Positions 13,713 to 26,557 are shown, counted from the first letter of the stretch. The stretch is DNA of 64,000 nucleotides from Phoronis australis (GCA_002633005.1 NMRA01000024.1:186001-250000); one strand, 5' to 3'. Translations and numbers: made by a program. Notes: generated by a model not told the origin, from the sequence alone.

Positions 13713-14984
13713 CATTTATTAAGTATTCTTTAAACGAAGACTGCCGTTTATCGGGTGATGTTTGGCTCAGCGGTTGAGTGTTTAGCTGCGGCTGCGGAGA
13801 GTAGTATATTTCACTTGGTGTGGCCGATGGTTATACCCGAGTAAAGATTGGAATTTCTAGTTCACTCAAACAATCCCAATATAAAACCGCGTTTCGAATT
13901 CTAAATCTAAAAGTTTCAGCTAATTGGTGTCGAATAACACGCTAGATTAAATTCTAAACATTGCATGTGCTATTTGCAATCGTCGCTGTACAATCCACGT
14001 GTGTTTTATAGAGCAACGATTACACTGCACCCGTATGAACGAGGGCGTTTGGAAGGGAACTAGTTAGCGGTTCATATAATTATGTAGGCGGAATTGTCGA
14101 CTGCTTTCAGCATGGAAAGGAGAACTGGCAATAAGAAGATTGACAAAACATTGAAGGTTTTTAAAAAAACCATGATATATCACATGTGGTCCATTCTACT
14201 CATGTCGCGCTGTGCAGTCTCCTGCATAGTCCGCATACCCCTACTCGTGCTATGGCCGTGAGACACAAGTAATGTTCGTGGTACAATTTGGTCGTTATTT
14301 TCTACATTACCACTATGTTATGTTAAAATAATGACAATAAATCAATGCTAGTACCTTCATAAGCGATGTCATAGTTCCCTGTGTTTCTGAATAAACGCTA
14401 AGTTCACACAAAAGGATCATATAATGTTGTGATTTCTGACTTTGAAAATGCCGTATGTGACAGTATTGCGGAGACCAAGCTCGACAGTGACACGCCGTAG
14501 CAAGTTATGTATAACCTTGGGTCCGTTTCTTGAAACTTTCTCTGTCTTAATTTAGACCGAAATCGGACAAGCTGACGTCATAGCCTACTGTTATTGCAGA
14601 CGACACAGATACATATTAATTAATTCTTTTGTCTGTGCATGATGTCATTATATATATGGCGCGAATCTGCTAGCCTAAGGTTGTTTATTGAACGGCCGCG
14701 AACAATCTATCCGTAAAAAAATCTGCCCTGGGATTTGTCATGTTCCCATTGTATGACTACCGGAATCTGCGCAAGTGTTCTTAAAGAGGCATGGAAAGCT
14801 AAAACTCATAAAAATACCTTTCAAAAGGATTGTGGAAAATCTACTTCTTAGGAATGCTAACGGGAACGGGAGAATTATTTACTTTGAATACTTCAAGAAT
14901 TTCTAAACAAAACCGCCGGCTTCTCTACGAAGGTACAACTGCTTCAGAGCTCACGTGACCTACAAATCAATTTTTCGTTGGGTT

Positions 14985-14989
<5 letters not shown>

Positions 14990-15016
<27 letters not shown>

Positions 15017-15029
15017 TTGTGTGTGTGTG
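14990..15029. repeat. (GT)n microsatellite
   Basis: Direct observation; a longer paralogous tract is at 46511-46573. Confidence 0.95.
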
Positions 15030-15127
15030 AATGTATACCCAGTCCCACCTGCCCACCCGTTAAGTTTTTGTAATACTTGACGTGATCTCAAAATTTCTAT
15101 TGAAAAAATACTTTCTGTTTTTCTACT

Positions 15128-18100
15128 ATGATTGGACTTAATATCATTTTCAGTTAATTGCCAGGGTTTAGGAACCCCAGAAAAAAGAAGAGATGTCTTT
15201 AATTGCATAAAAAGTAAAGCATTTAACATATATCGTCTACAAGACACTCACCTGCTTGTGATTTGGAGCCGTACATTGAATCTCAGTGGGGTTACACTTG
15301 TTATTTCAGCTCTTACAAGAACAACTGAAGAGGAGTAGCTATTCTATTTAACAATAACTTTGAGTTTACTGTTGAAAATGTGAGAAAGGATCCTACGGGA
15401 AATTATGTTATTATAGAATGAATTATGAAGGGAGAGAGAGGATCATTCTTGTAATTTTGTACGGTTCAAATACTGATAACCCGGACTTTATAGTAATATA
15501 TTTTCAATAATTGAAGAAATTGATGTTGATAAGTTTATTTTATGTGGAGATTTTAATTTAATTCTGAGTCAAGAGCAGGATACTTGCAATTATAGATCTT
15601 GTAATAATCCAAACGCTGCAAAATTTCTGTAGGGAATAATTAATACGTTTGATGTTTGTGATCCCTTTCGAGAATTTTTTCCTTCAAAGAGAAGATTCAC
15701 TTGGCGAAGAAAAAAATACAATTAAGCAGGCTAGGCTTGACTTTTTCTGGTTTCCAAAACTTTGATGCATTGTGTCCAAAGAATTTCTATAGATCAGACC
15801 ATTCTGGGGTCTTGTTAATCCTAAAATTTTGAGAAATTACTGGAGGTAAAGGACTCTGGAAATTTAACAATTCACTTTTAAATGACAACGCATATGTAGA
15901 CATCGTTCAAGATACAATACAGATGTTAAAAAGCAAAATAGCAATATGTCGTTCCGGTATACCATTTATATAGAATTCAAAATATTTCGAACAGTGTGAT
16001 TCAGTTTGTTATAAATGATCAATTATTTTTGGATGTGCTGTTAATGGAAATAAGAAAAAATACTATTTTTTACTCGATTAAAAAAGAAAAAGTTAGTAAG
16101 TCAAGAGAACAAGTTAGAGAAAGAAATAGAGAATTTAGAACAATGTGTTGATGATAGAAAATTTGAAGATTTAGAAAGGAAAAAGAGTGCCCATCTAGAT
16201 ATAAGGTCACAGAAATTAAAAGGGTATTACGTCAGATCCAGGGCAAAATGGATAGAGGACGGGGAGTGCCTAACAAAATATTTTTGTAAGTTAGAATCGA
16301 GACAATTTTATAACAAACTTATGTATGAAATAGAATTGGAAAATGGAGAAATAATTACAAATCAAGAAAAGATATCAGACGTTCCCGCGAATTTTTACAA
16401 AAATCTTTATTCTGACAACAGTTCTACTGAAAAAAGTAAAATAGAGAACCTTATTGTTTCAAATAAGCTTCCCGATAATTTTGCTGTGGAGCTTGGGGGA
16501 CCCATAACATATGAAGAACTCTGAACAGTATTGAAAAATTCAAAAACTGAAAAAACCCGGGTCAGATGGTTTCACAAATGAATTCTTTAAGTTTCTCTGG
16601 AAAGATTTAGACTATTTTGTTTTAAGACACATAAATGAAAGCTATGAAAAAACCGCAATGTCAAACACCCAAAAAACTGGGGTCGTAACTTTAATTCCAA
16701 AGCCAGATAAGGCTTAAAAATTCATAAAAAATGGAGACTAATAACTTTGCTCAACAATGTTTACAAGTTGGCATACGGATGTAATACTAGACGAATAAAA
16801 AGGTACTTGGATATATGATTTCCCCGGATCAGACGGGATTTATAAAAGGGTGATGTATGGGTGAAAACATAAGATTGACGTATGATATTATGAATTCTGT
16901 GAAAAAATAGTATACTGGGGCTGTTATTACAAATAGATTTTGAAAAAGCTTTTGATAGCTTGTCATGGAACTTCATAAATAATGTTTTGGATATTTTTAA
17001 TTTCAAGGCCTCAATCAAGCGTTGAATTAAAGCATTTTATAATTGTCCCGTGTCATGGTTCAAAACGGTTTCCTGTCCAAACGTTTTACTCTGCACAGGG
17101 GCTGTAGACAAGGTGATCCTCTTTCTCTATATGTTTTCATTTTATGTGCTGAAATATTAGCTATGATGACGGAAAAAGATAGAGAAATTAAAGGCATTCA
17201 AATACGAAATGATGAATTTATACTTACTCAGTATGCTGATGACACAACGTTATTCTTAGATGGTTCACGGCGTAGTTTGGAAGCTACTATAGAAGTTTTG
17301 AGTAGATATGCAGATATGTATGGTTTGAGAGTAAATTATTCCAAAAGAAATATTATTTGGTTGGGCAGTAAAGAATTTTAGAAACATTTAAGTTCATAAA
17401 ATTTTAAAAGATGTCTTCCATCACGCAAGATGGAAGTTGGAATGGGGCATAACGGAATTTAAGATGCTAGGTATCAAGTTCAGTGTTAACCTAGAAAAAA
17501 ATGATTGACATCAACTACAATGAGAGGATTGATGAAATCAATAATCTTATCAAAATTTGGTCTAGAAGAAAAATCTCCTTTTTTGGGAAAAGTTACGGTG
17601 GTGAAGGCCTTTATGGTGCCAAAAATTATTCACATAATGACAACCCTGCCCACTCCATCAGACATTATTATGAATGAATTGAACGCAAGCATTTTTAAGT
17701 TTATTTGGAATAACAGAATTGAGAAAGTGAAGAGAGATGTATTAATTAAAGTAAGCAGCTCCATAAAGATGCGAATGATTTACTCTCGACAAGTTTATGG
17801 CATGACGATAAAATACTAATAGACAGAAAATCTATCTTCTTTAGCAAGTGTGCTAGTGGTGGTGTTCTTTTTATTAATGACCTACGTGATAAAAATAACA
17901 GTTTTTACTCATTTACTGAATTGATAAAGATCTCGAACATATCTACAAACTTTTTGGATTATTGTTCTCTGATTGACTCTATTAGGTCGTTTCTGGGGAG
18001 AACACCATTAAAAATGCAGTTAATTAAGATATATGGACCAACAATACCTTTTAATATCCCTATTTCTTTAAGCTGCACGTCATTATGTAAAATTGTGCAT

Positions 18101-18704
18101 GAAATTGTCTGCCAGAACTAAATTTTGCCTATTGTCCAAAAAGATTTCAAGAAGAAGGTTACAATTTTCGAAGTGATGAATGGAAAAATTATATTAATTG
18201 TCTCTTAAATTTACTTATGATTTCAAGTTACGTACACTGCAGTTTAAACTATTACATAGAATACTTGTAACGAACTATTTTCTTAAAAAATTAACCTGGT
18301 GGACTCTGACGTATGTACTTTCTGTCATTCAAAAAGTGAAACAGTGGATCACATCCTTTTGGAATGCAATAACATAAAAATATTGATAGGAGAATTACGC
18401 AGTTGGGTGTTGATGGTAAAAGGTATAAATATGGTTATTGACAAAAAACAATGTTTTTGGCCTGCCCATAAAGTTTTAAATTGGATACTTTTGCAATTAA
18501 AACATTTTATTTACCTATCCAGGTGTAAAAATAATCCCCAGTTTCATTCATTTCTTTAAGATAGAAACATAATTTTATAATCAAACAAGATCTTTATTAA
18601 ATAAGGGTAATTTAGATGAATACCATGCAACCTGGAGAAACTAGTTAACCATAACTTACCTGTCTGTATTTCTGTTCTGTATACCAATAAAAAAGGTCAA
18701 AAAA
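15128..18704 (+). mobile_element. Decayed L1/Tx1-type LINE ORF2 (APE endonuclease, RT, C-terminal Zn knuckle), copy A
   Basis: SVNCQGL..KRR..LQDTH, CGDFN, RSRAKWIEDGE..KYF, GCRQGDPLS, QYADDTT, CTFC...ETVDHILLEC; many stops and frameshifts; ends in AATAAA plus an A-rich tail. Confidence 0.92.
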
Positions 18705-18793
18705 TACTCATTGGGTAGAACGATTACGAGCAAAGTCTCGGTTGTAATTGCAAGTGTAATTACGGGCGAACGATTGCAGCCGTCTCGGTAGTT

Positions 18794-18799
18794 TTTATT
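18794..18799 (-). terminator. Candidate poly(A) signal of lectin copy A
   Basis: AATAAA on the minus strand ~125 nt after the stop; conserved in copy B. Confidence 0.45.
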
Positions 18800-18924
18800 A
18801 CGGGCAACATTTTCACCCCAATGACCCACGATACGGACCCTACAATTGACCAGCAGGAGAACTGAAACGTCGGTGAAGCAGATATCATTATTGATTCAAG
18901 AAGTCAAACAGTGTATTTCATCTG

Positions 18925-19211
18925 TTACACACACTGATATAGGATGGTTAGGTACTTGAACGTGCCGACACAAGGATCTCCAAACACGCTGTTCGACGCA
19001 CGGACGACACAAGATCTCTTCCCATTGCATCTTCCGCGCATGACGCTCAAGGATCTACTGGATGACCCACAGCGGGTGTTTCGGATTGGTCCGCCCCTGC
19101 AAGTTAAGCGATTCCTTCGTCCGTAGAGAGCCGAGATAATCCGTACGCGGGAGCGAGGAGCGCATGAGATGGACATGATTCGATGCTCACAGACTGTCCG
19201 ACGGTAATAGG
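18925..19211 (-). CDS. Tri-domain SUEL/rhamnose-binding lectin copy A, last exon (CRD3)
   Basis: tttcAG acceptor; 8 Cys, CE, YGR, FGDPCVGTFKYL; TAA stop. Confidence 0.93.
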
Positions 19212-19550
19212 CTGAAATAGATCACAAATACCTGAGTTTATGATAACATGACGCTTTCGGTAACAGCGAAAAACACAGACGCCACGGATTGGACAGATGC
19301 TACCGGGATGTCTTACCACATATACGTGGTTATAAGCACTAAGAACAAATGGGTCTCGATGCGCACGATGCAGTTTCAGGTTAGAGTTTCGTTTTCCTCA
19401 TTTTAATTGAAAGTGTCACTACTGCATTGCTCATTTGCAAGTTTCTTTTTGCAGGCCAAGTTCAGTTATTCAGAAATAAGAAAAAGAAAGCGTGTTAAAA
19501 CGTGTTCGCAAGTTTTGTCCAATTGCATAAATTACTTCAACATAACATAC

Positions 19551-19838
19551 CTGGCACACAATTGTATGCAACTGACAAATACTTGAAAGTGCCAACACAA
19601 GGGTCTCCAAAGATGCCGTTAGAAGCGGGCACAGCACAAGATCTTCTTTTGTTGCAAATGCTGCGCATGACGGACAGCGACCTTGAAGATGCACAGTTGG
19701 TGTTCCGGATCGGTCCGCGTCTACACGTCAAGCGGTTTTTACGTCCGTACAAAGCCGATATTATTGTTATGTGTCTATGGGGCGATCTGCATCTGAGAGA
19801 CAATGTTTGGTGTTCACACGCAGTTGCCCGATTGGGTC
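19551..19838 (-). CDS. SUEL/RBL lectin copy A, CRD2 exon
   Basis: 288-nt phase 1-1 exon; tacAG and GTATGT splice sites; 8 Cys, YGR and DPC..KYL motifs. Confidence 0.93.
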
Positions 19839-20461
19839 CTGTAATCAGTACAAATAGCTACAGCAGCGACGAGAAGTGCAAAATTCATTTTGGCGCTAGT
19901 GAAAACTTTTGTCTTATCCTTCAATTTTGATTTTCAACTGAAAAAGAAATCCCACGATCCCAGGTTTTTCTTTCATAACAATTCCTCTTTCTAGCCTTCT
20001 TCTAGAATCTTTCCCGTTTCTGAAAACGAAGCTTGTTATGGGACGCACCCTTATAAAATCGCGGTCATAATTTGAAAATAAAAACGACTGTGGAGCTTTG
20101 AAAGAAAACGAAAAGCACTCGGCCGAGAAATTAGGCACTAAAAAACCTGTCTCCACCACAAAAACGAACCGTTAGTCAAATTTGCCGATTTCACGGCTTC
20201 GAAGGGACTGTCAGTTCGTTGTTGCTTGAGACAAGCTCCTCAGTTGACTTGTCGATGCGAGTCATAGGCCGAACATGGTTTCAAGGGAATAACGTACTGT
20301 CAGTTCTTTGCAAAGCCAAAAATAAATCACTTTAATCTCAACAAAGTAAACTTAGACACAGCAATAAGTGGTCTAAACCAAACGCTTGTATCTTGGACGG
20401 AAGAGCATGTCGTCTTTCAACAATGTGTTCGAGCAAATTGGTGTTAAACTTGGTTACTTAC

Positions 20462-20746
20462 TTGGTACACACACGTACGAAACAGACAGGTATTTGAAAG
20501 TGCCTACACAAGGATCTCCAAAGACTCTGTTTGATGCCCATACGGCACAAGATTTTTTCCCATTGCATTTGCTACGCACAATACGTAGGGAATGCCGTGA
20601 CGCACAGTTGGTCGTACGAATTGGTCCATTAGGGCACGTGTGTCGGTTCCTACGACCGTAGATTGCATAGTTCACTCGCACAACTTCGTTTGGCCTACGA
20701 CATCTGATGCGGAGGACTTTGTGCTCACAAACTGTTCCATGAAAAC
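20462..20746 (-). CDS. SUEL/RBL lectin copy A, CRD1 exon
   Basis: 285-nt phase 1-1 exon; cacAG and GTAAGT splice sites; 8 Cys, YGR and DPC..KYL motifs. Confidence 0.93.
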
Positions 20747-22284
20747 CTGTGGACAAGAATGTTAGCTGAGTGGGAGAAAGTCCTTACGTTGCTTCCACAC
20801 ATGGATAATCTGCCAGCAGCACTTACAAGTATTGACACCAATTTACAAATAATTGAAATTAGAGTGCTAAACTCTGTTTCAACCAATTACTAACAAACAC
20901 TAATTTGTCATACCAATTAAACCTTTTAAGCAAAAATGCCCTCAAAACCTTGGGAAAACTTAAAACTCCTTACAAAGACTATTGGACGAGTTTATTCCGG
21001 AAGGTTGGAGAAGAGACTTCGCATCTTGGATTGCAAGATCTACGGTAACTATGTATTTTAGGTACATAAAGGTAAAAACTGGTAACTACTAAATCTGCAA
21101 CAACAGGTAACAGAACCGGTTTTGGGTGAAACCACTATAACTGGCAGGGTCATATTTCATATTTTCCTTTAATGGACTTAAATTACTGGATGAGATGCAA
21201 ATCGCGATGCTGTACCGAATCTCACGAAGACTGCTACAAATATCAAGTGGTCTTGCACACTACTTAACACCACTCCTTGCACAGTGCTCCTTTGCGTCTT
21301 TGGAACAGAAGTGAAGCGGACTGTAGTTGCCATGGAACACTGAGCTCATATCGCAAAACCCGGCTTCATTTAAAGTAACGCTAGAACCTCATTAGGACCT
21401 CGCTATAAACGCAAGACTTCGAGAGTTACTGCCATATATTTTAAATGTGAATACTTTGTATTTTCAATTAATTCAAACCCAATCTACAATCGTAATAAAC
21501 AAAGTGATTCAAAGAGTTTAATGGGATGTTAACCTCATAACAACCAAATTGAAACCTAATGCACTGAACTGTAACGACACGCAACACGAGTAAAGCGAAT
21601 CAGCTATAACTGTGTTGGTTTTTAAACAATAATAGCTATTCTTTAGTCAATGTCGATGTCTGCCAGGGACTGAAATCAAGGCCAATGCCTTTACCAGGTA
21701 AATGAGGTCACAATGCTCTGTCAATTCGAGTGTGATATATGGCCAGCCAGCAAAATATATGGCTGCGAACGAGCAGGTTCCCGGTTCCAATCAGCGCTGG
21801 GCTTCTCTCTAGTTTCGCTGTGAGTTACCTTATCATTGTTTTTGTTGGTTTTGAATTGTTTGAAAATGAAAGCAGGCAATATTTTACGAGTTTTCACAAA
21901 GGTTTCAACACTGCTATTTCTAATCGACAAAGTAAACTTTGACAAAAGTAGGCGGTCTCATGACCGCTTCGCTTCGGACACAGGCTAATTTTTACGGCGA
22001 TTGTCTGATTAAGTAAAGACACTCGTCATTGTTTTTTGTACCTAGATCAAAGATGATGCTAAACTTCGACGGATCTCATAAAAAAACTGAAATTTCTTAT
22101 TCGCGGAAAACGCGTTCAGCTACTTGAACGATTTATATTGATCAAGCCACGACAGTGTAACGATACGTCAATTATTTTGTATTATTTTAACAATAATTGA
22201 CTGTTAATTACAGTTGCACTAGTAAAAGAACACGTTGTGATACTGCGGCCTATGCCAATCTGCTCTGCTTGTGAAGGTACTTAC

Positions 22285-22354
22285 CACTAGCATCAGAAGC
22301 AAACAGCGCGACAACTGTTGTCAACAAAGCTACAGCCAAAGTCAGAGCTCTCAT
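22285..22354 (-). CDS. SUEL/RBL lectin copy A, signal-peptide exon (MRALTLAVALLTTVVALFASDAS-G)
   Basis: ATG 1 nt after a tacAG acceptor; hydrophobic signal peptide; phase-1 GTAAGT donor compatible with the CRD1 exon. The CDS totals 930 nt (309 aa). Confidence 0.88.
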
Positions 22355-23176
22355 TCTGTAAGAAATAATTTGTAGTATCACGAGACATTGAGAGTACGGT
22401 ATCATTCATACATGTATTTTGGTTTTCACCGGGATATTCCCTTCTGCGCACGTACTGAGTAGGGGGTGACGCTAATTATTCAAAATGCAGACCAACACAT
22501 ACTTCAGCGACCGCGGGAAAAGGAACTATACCAAATGGTGAAATCTCTCCACCTGGTCGCTACGTTCTTCATTTACCCACCCGAGACAATATCAGGAAGA
22601 CGAGATATCCACTCGAGATGATGCCGAAGAGGGCAAACTACCCACCAGAGGCAATACCTCGGAGTAAAAGTACCGCTGGAGATCGTACTTCAAACACAGG
22701 TCAAAATTATCAGTCGAGTTGGCGGTACATCTCTACCAACCTATCCTATGGGAAAGCCTGTTTAAATTCCTACTGTCTGTAATGATTGGCGATTTTTTGC
22801 TAATTGTTCTTGTGGTTTTGACATTTGGCGATTGAAGTAAACATAAATCAAAGTCATGCCGAGGCACATCAAGGTATAGGTCAGACTACAAGACAAAAAT
22901 AAATCAGACAAAATCCATATTACCGTCATGACGACTTTGTTAACAACAAAATATATATACTATATATATTTATACTAAAGGGGTTAAAATTCTAATTGCG
23001 TAGTCTTCTTAGAAACTTTCTAATTAATTTCCCCTTTTTCTCAGTTACGAGGGAAGACTACTCCGACAATGTATTCGCGGTTTCCGCCCAGCCGTCATGT
23101 CGGGAAATTCTGGGTCATTTTACCTGGAAACTTTTGGGTTGTACTGTAGTTTTCAGTTTTTACGTTGTACATGTAA

Positions 23177-23398
23177 CAGTGGCAGATATACGTTTTCAGT
23201 AAGGGGGGGCGGGGGTTAGTAGGATTCGCTCGAATCCGAGGCGCGTAGCGCCTAGCAGGGGAGGTCATTACACTCGACTGTAATTTTTTGATTTTTACAG
23301 CTGATTTCGTTTTCCTGACGACGTTTTTTAATTTTTATTTTTGATCCTGTGACGGGTTTAAACCCCTGAATCCACCCCCTCCCGTATATCCGCCTCTG
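23177..23398. mobile_element. CAG...CTG MITE with 5-bp TSD (tgtaa); paralog at 55262-55493
   Basis: 16-bp TIR cagtggcagatatacg / cgtatatccgcctctg; tgtaa on both sides. Confidence 0.75.
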
Positions 23399-23825
23399 TG
23401 TAATAGTCAGTTTCCACTACTTTTCCCCGTTTTCGGGATTCTATGGAGAATTATCTTCGTGTGACGTGCATGGTGCTGCACTTTTTGATCCCAAGCATTG
23501 GCAAATCTACCGTGACTATTTATCATGCGACACACACGCACATATAATTATGAAATACCTGCAACACGCTTTTCGTTGTCAAGGGCATAACTAACAGTTG
23601 AAACAACAAATTCATCAACTCCGAGTCCACATAAGACACTTGCAAACTGAAAGTGGAAAGTTACATTTTTGCGAGTGCGCAGCCGCACCCACAAAACATA
23701 TTCGTGCTATACATTTACATGCTATCTTGGTTAAAACAACAATAGCAGTTTGCACACTGCGTTTAACTTGCAAAAAAACTTAGTTGAAGGACTAAAACTG
23801 TAATGATTAAAAGTAATTTTTTTAC

Positions 23826-23891
23826 CTGGTGTAACTCAAAGTTGGCTAATGTCAACTCAAGTACTGCCGTGTGAGAAAGTAGTTCAACTGA
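23826..23891 (-). other. Putative non-coding first exon / initiator of lectin copy A
   Basis: The ATG exon begins with an acceptor, so an upstream exon is needed. TCAGTT at 23886-23891 is followed by a CAG|GTAAAA donor at 23826; both are conserved in B (55927-55991). Confidence 0.4.
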
Positions 23892-24155
23892 CCCGATAAC
23901 AAATCAGACGAATGAAACGTGCTTCCCACGTTCTACTTTTAAATGATGCTTGTGACGACGACCCCTTGCATTGTCAACAGTTGCAACGCTCCGATGCATG
24001 TGATAATGTTAATGATGTCTTCAATGAGATGTCGTCCACTGAAAAGCGTCAGTTCAGCGTGACACCAACATTTTACGTACACGTCAACTGGCTAAGCGTT
24101 GTACAATTATCTCATAATATTCGTGTCTTTGGCATATCATACTTATTCTTATTGA

Positions 24156-24227
24156 CTCCCTCCCTCCCTCCCTCCCTCCCCCCTCTGTCTCTATCTCTGT
24201 CTCTGTCTTTCTCTCTCTGTCTCTGCC

Positions 24228-24278
<51 letters not shown>
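24156..24278. repeat. Compound (CCCT)n/(CT)n/(TCTG)n microsatellite
   Basis: Direct observation; the paralogous position in B is an assembly gap. Confidence 0.9.
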
Positions 24279-25607
24279 GGTCACGTTTATCGGTTTTATG
24301 ATGCTATGGTGAAAGATGAAAGTAACTGGCAGACAGGGGTCGACTTGAATAATTGTGTTGGGGCGGGAAAAATGTAGCCAAAATCACCTGCTCTCGTTAN
24401 TCTCTGCTACTTCTGTCTGAAACGCCTATTAATGAGGTAATTCTATCGATCATGCCTATACTTTAGTACTATATTTTATCCTTTTCATTTATATAATGAT
24501 AACAGTATCACATAATATTCCCATTTGTAATATTCTCATTTATTACTAAAGCCCGGATACAATGTTTCTTGCCTTTTCCGGGCTGAATTTTATTGTATTA
24601 CATTTTATGCATGTCTTAATAAATTGGTAAATGTTAAAAAATCAATTCTATGCAATCATACGTCAAGCACTCGTTAGATCAGTTAGCTAGCTGTTTTTAG
24701 CCAAAACGTTGTGGATTGATTTTGAAAAAAATCCAAGAAATGCTCGGAATGAAAAAGGAACAATCGATGCGGTGGTGCTTTATATTTTACGTTTAAAAAC
24801 AAGTCAGAATCTGGGTGACGTACTTTTCAAGCCTTAAATGTATTCGAATTCGGTGACAAACTGAGGGAGCACTTGCAAAGTATTAGCTTGCAAACGAGGA
24901 GATCCCGGTATCGAATGACGACTGATGGGACTTCCATTACTTTGCATTAAGTTTTTAAAAGGACTTAAACTGCGTTACCATAGCAGTAGTCAATATTGGC
25001 TAGGTTATATCTTAGCATGTGTTTATGTTTGTAAAATATTTTAAAAGGCCATTAATCATGGAGGCCGGTCTCGGTTCAATTGCTACCTTAGTGTTAACAT
25101 GAATTGTTTACACGTAGTTCTGGGCATGTAATGCCGTATAATTTCGACAGGCGAAGGTGAGCTTCGCAAAAAAGTCTTATATGTATTCCTCTTGTGTTGA
25201 CATGGCAAATGAAGAGAAAAAACTTGGGCGGTGCAGCCCCCATTGGTGTGGCGCCCATGAAAAAAGGAAAACAACTCCTGAGCATTCCTTGTTTACAGCA
25301 AAAGTTTTTAAAGTACCATGAAAGAGAACATACTCGTCATCAGCTATGTCACCACCAGGTGGAGAATTTCTCGCTTACACGGTCTGGCCACCGCTCAGAT
25401 TCCCTTAGCACCAGACAACTTTTATGATGCCTGTTCAGTTCGCCCTTAATTTGCATTTATGGGGATCTGAGGTTACAACCTGCAACTGTGGTGAGTAGTT
25501 TTTACTTGGTATATTTGAATAATACAAAATAATTAAAAAGTTAGTTTGTGTTTATCTTGACCAAAGGCCAATATGTTTCATACCGGTTTTCGTTATTTCA
25601 CTTTTAA

Positions 25608-26557
25608 AGTGTACACAACATGACTCTAGTACCTCAAAATAAATTTTATTATTATATCTTACTAGATTTCAGTGCCTTTAGTGCACAGCTCATAAAGAAA
25701 CACGCAAAAACTGAAAAAATAATAATTATCTACAACGTCATGGGTTGAACCCAAGTCGTTCTCCATACTGCTCGGATCAGAGACAAAGTGTATAGAGTGA
25801 AGAGAAAGCAAAGTACATTTAGCGTCGAGAAGGTTCGTAGAGGGATCAAAATATGTGTTTCCGGAGGCTGCAGCAACAGCAACGTCTCGGTGTTCCGAAG
25901 GACACCAAAGTTGCGCAGAAGTGGCATCGCTTCATGCGCCGAACGAGAGTGTGGGACGTCATCGTGGACCAAGCGATTCGGTCCGGGGCCACTCTGTGTT
26001 CTGCCCACTTTGAGGACTCGTGTTTTGACTCCAGTCACAGGAGACGTTACGATGAAGGCCTGGTTCAATAAGGGACAATATTTATCATTCAGAAACATCA
26101 GCTCTTAATTCAGGGTCGTCTGTTGGATGACTGGGTTGACTCGCCGAGCCCGAGGCCGCTTCTCTCGCGAGAGGATCCAGTTCGTAAGGCTCGAAGTAGA
26201 AAAGTACGCTGCCTGAAGCACATTAAACTCATTCTCGCTTTCGTACAACCCCATTTCCTCATCTTGACCACCATTCCGATACGTTTCTTCATAGTATTCG
26301 TTCAATTCTTGCTCATAATCGTCGTCGCTTTCAAATTCCCTGCTCTCCGCCATTGTTCAATGCTAGTCACTGATCTCTTGTGTTCAACCCATGGCGTCAC
26401 ATGGCGGGAAATGTGAAAATTGGCAAAATTGAAAGAAAAATCAAAATTTCGAGCTAATTACACAAAATAAACATGGGTTTAGCTAAATTTTACGTCATAC
26501 ATTTAGTCTTTGGCCACCGGTGATTCAAAATGTGCAAAAATCCATGGTGTGTACTGT
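25608..26557 (+). mobile_element. Kolobok-like internally deleted element with THAP remnant and a convergent acidic ORF start
   Basis: TTAA on both sides; imperfect TIR agtgtacacaacatg / catggtgtgtactgt; frameshifted THAP CVSGGCSN..PKD..AQKW...LCSAHFEDSCF (+); acidic ORF 26105-26353 (-). It lies in a 2.2-kb block absent from unit B. Confidence 0.7.

Noticed and set aside
13755-13830. tRNA-like A box TGGCTCAGCGG
   Set aside because: No B box or cloverleaf; at most a decayed SINE head.
14640-14960. Possible LINE ORF1 upstream of the (GT)n tract
   Set aside because: No recognisable RRM, zinc knuckle or coiled coil; the frame is not conserved between copies.
19502-19930. 142-aa plus-strand ORF conserved in both units (also 18944, 20386, 51146, 52056)
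   Set aside because: Antisense shadows of the lectin exons; the conservation is explained by the minus-strand gene.
21735-21800. tRNA-like B box GGTTCCAATC in the lectin intron
   Set aside because: No valid A box or acceptor stem; possibly an old SINE, not an RNA gene.
23912-24301. 129-aa ORF with a (LSVC)n tail
   Set aside because: Microsatellite translation; ATG not conserved in unit B.
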